Assembly (NCBI GenBank): GCA_024137785.1
Contig: JAHRHZ010000002.1
Span: 4,667,828-4,731,827 of the forward strand
Length of the DNA: 64,000 nt
Source: Ginglymostoma cirratum
Lineage: Eukaryota
Reading direction: 5' to 3'
In this document: in pieces, positions 63,361-64,000 of the stretch
How the letters are laid out: each line of letters begins with the position of its first letter
How positions within the stretch are numbered: position 1 is the stretch's first letter
Notes under the pieces: generated by a model
Seen by the model: the letters and a program-made list of their open reading frames with translations, nothing else
The model's database searches: none
Told to the model about the DNA's origin: nothing
Translations under genes and position numbers: made by a program

Positions 63361-63720
63361 GGGCAGCACAGTGGCTCAGTGATTAGCATTGCTGCCTCAG
63401 AGCTCCAGGGACCCAGGTTTGATTCCACCCTCAGGAAGTTGTGTGTGTGGAGTTTGCACATTCTCTCCATGTCTGCGTGGCTTTCCTCCAGGTGCTCTGG
63501 TTTCCTCCTACAGTCCAAAGATGTGCAGGTTAGGTGGGCTGCCCATGCTAAATTGCCCACAGTTTCCAGAGATGTGCAGGCTAGGTGGATTGGCAAAGGA
63601 AATGCAGTGTTTCAAGCAGAGTCAGCGGGGGGCGGGGGGGAGGGTTGGTGGTGGGATGCTATTCAGAGGGTCAGTTGGGCTCAATGGGCCAAATGGCCTG
63701 CTTCCACACTGTACATATGA
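63361..63720 (+). mobile_element. HE1/V-SINE, full length
   Basis: GGGCAGCACAGTGGCTCAGTG head, B box, V-domain and tail. Confidence 0.88.
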
Positions 63721-64000
63721 TTTACTCTTAAGGGTATCTGGTTTTCGAGTGTGATTAAATATGAAACTAGATATAGTCCTCGGAGTCCTCGCATTGTCCA
63801 AGAACTTTTTCTGGTAACTTTTGGTATATTCCTTCTGTACTAGAAGTAACTTGAATAAAGACACTCTGTAGACCATCTAGTTTTCAAGAACAAAGAACAA
63901 AACAGCAATACAGCACAGGAACAGGCCCTTTGGCCCTCTAAGCCTGTGCCAATGATCATGCCCTGACTAAACTAAAAAATCAATTCAATTTAATTTCAAT

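Noticed and set aside
1-64000. Other MHC genes (BRD2/RING3, class I/II, TAP, PSMB, C4)
   Set aside because: No recognisable exons seen, though small exons could be missed by eye.

Overview
Eukaryotic (cartilaginous fish, most likely an orectolobiform shark such as the nurse shark) genomic DNA, repeat-rich, with one 400-N gap (50987-51386). It holds a complete four-exon beta-2-microglobulin gene (B2M) on the minus strand. The CDS exons are 21554-21503, 20085-19813 and 17988-17978, the 3'UTR exon starts at 17863, and the product is a 111-aa precursor. The B2M promoter has a perfect ISRE, an X1-like box, a CCAAT/Y box and GC boxes. Two paralogous KRAB-less C2H2 zinc-finger genes also lie on the minus strand (13 fingers at 41603-42778; 7 fingers at 62185-62781). 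B2M is known to be MHC-linked in sharks, but no other MHC gene is visible here. The rest is mostly transposon debris: CR1-type LINEs, HE1/V-SINEs, Tx1-like, Copia, Gypsy, Harbinger and Penelope-like elements. The most notable hidden signals are: (1) many short Penelope-derived insertions with TSDs that carry minimal hammerhead-ribozyme cores; (2) a CR1-group LINE with a tRNA-derived Pol III head whose 5' and 3' ends together form a local SINE; (3) orphan regulatory modules, namely a triple NF-kB cluster at 8.6 kb, an octamer/CCAAT/GC promoter plus donor at 27.8 kb, and a CpG promoter plus donor at 34.4 kb; (4) a microhomology-bounded inverted rearrangement inside a Copia relic; (5) a 300-bp tandem duplication in the B2M 3'UTR. 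Repeat boundaries were estimated by eye and are approximate.
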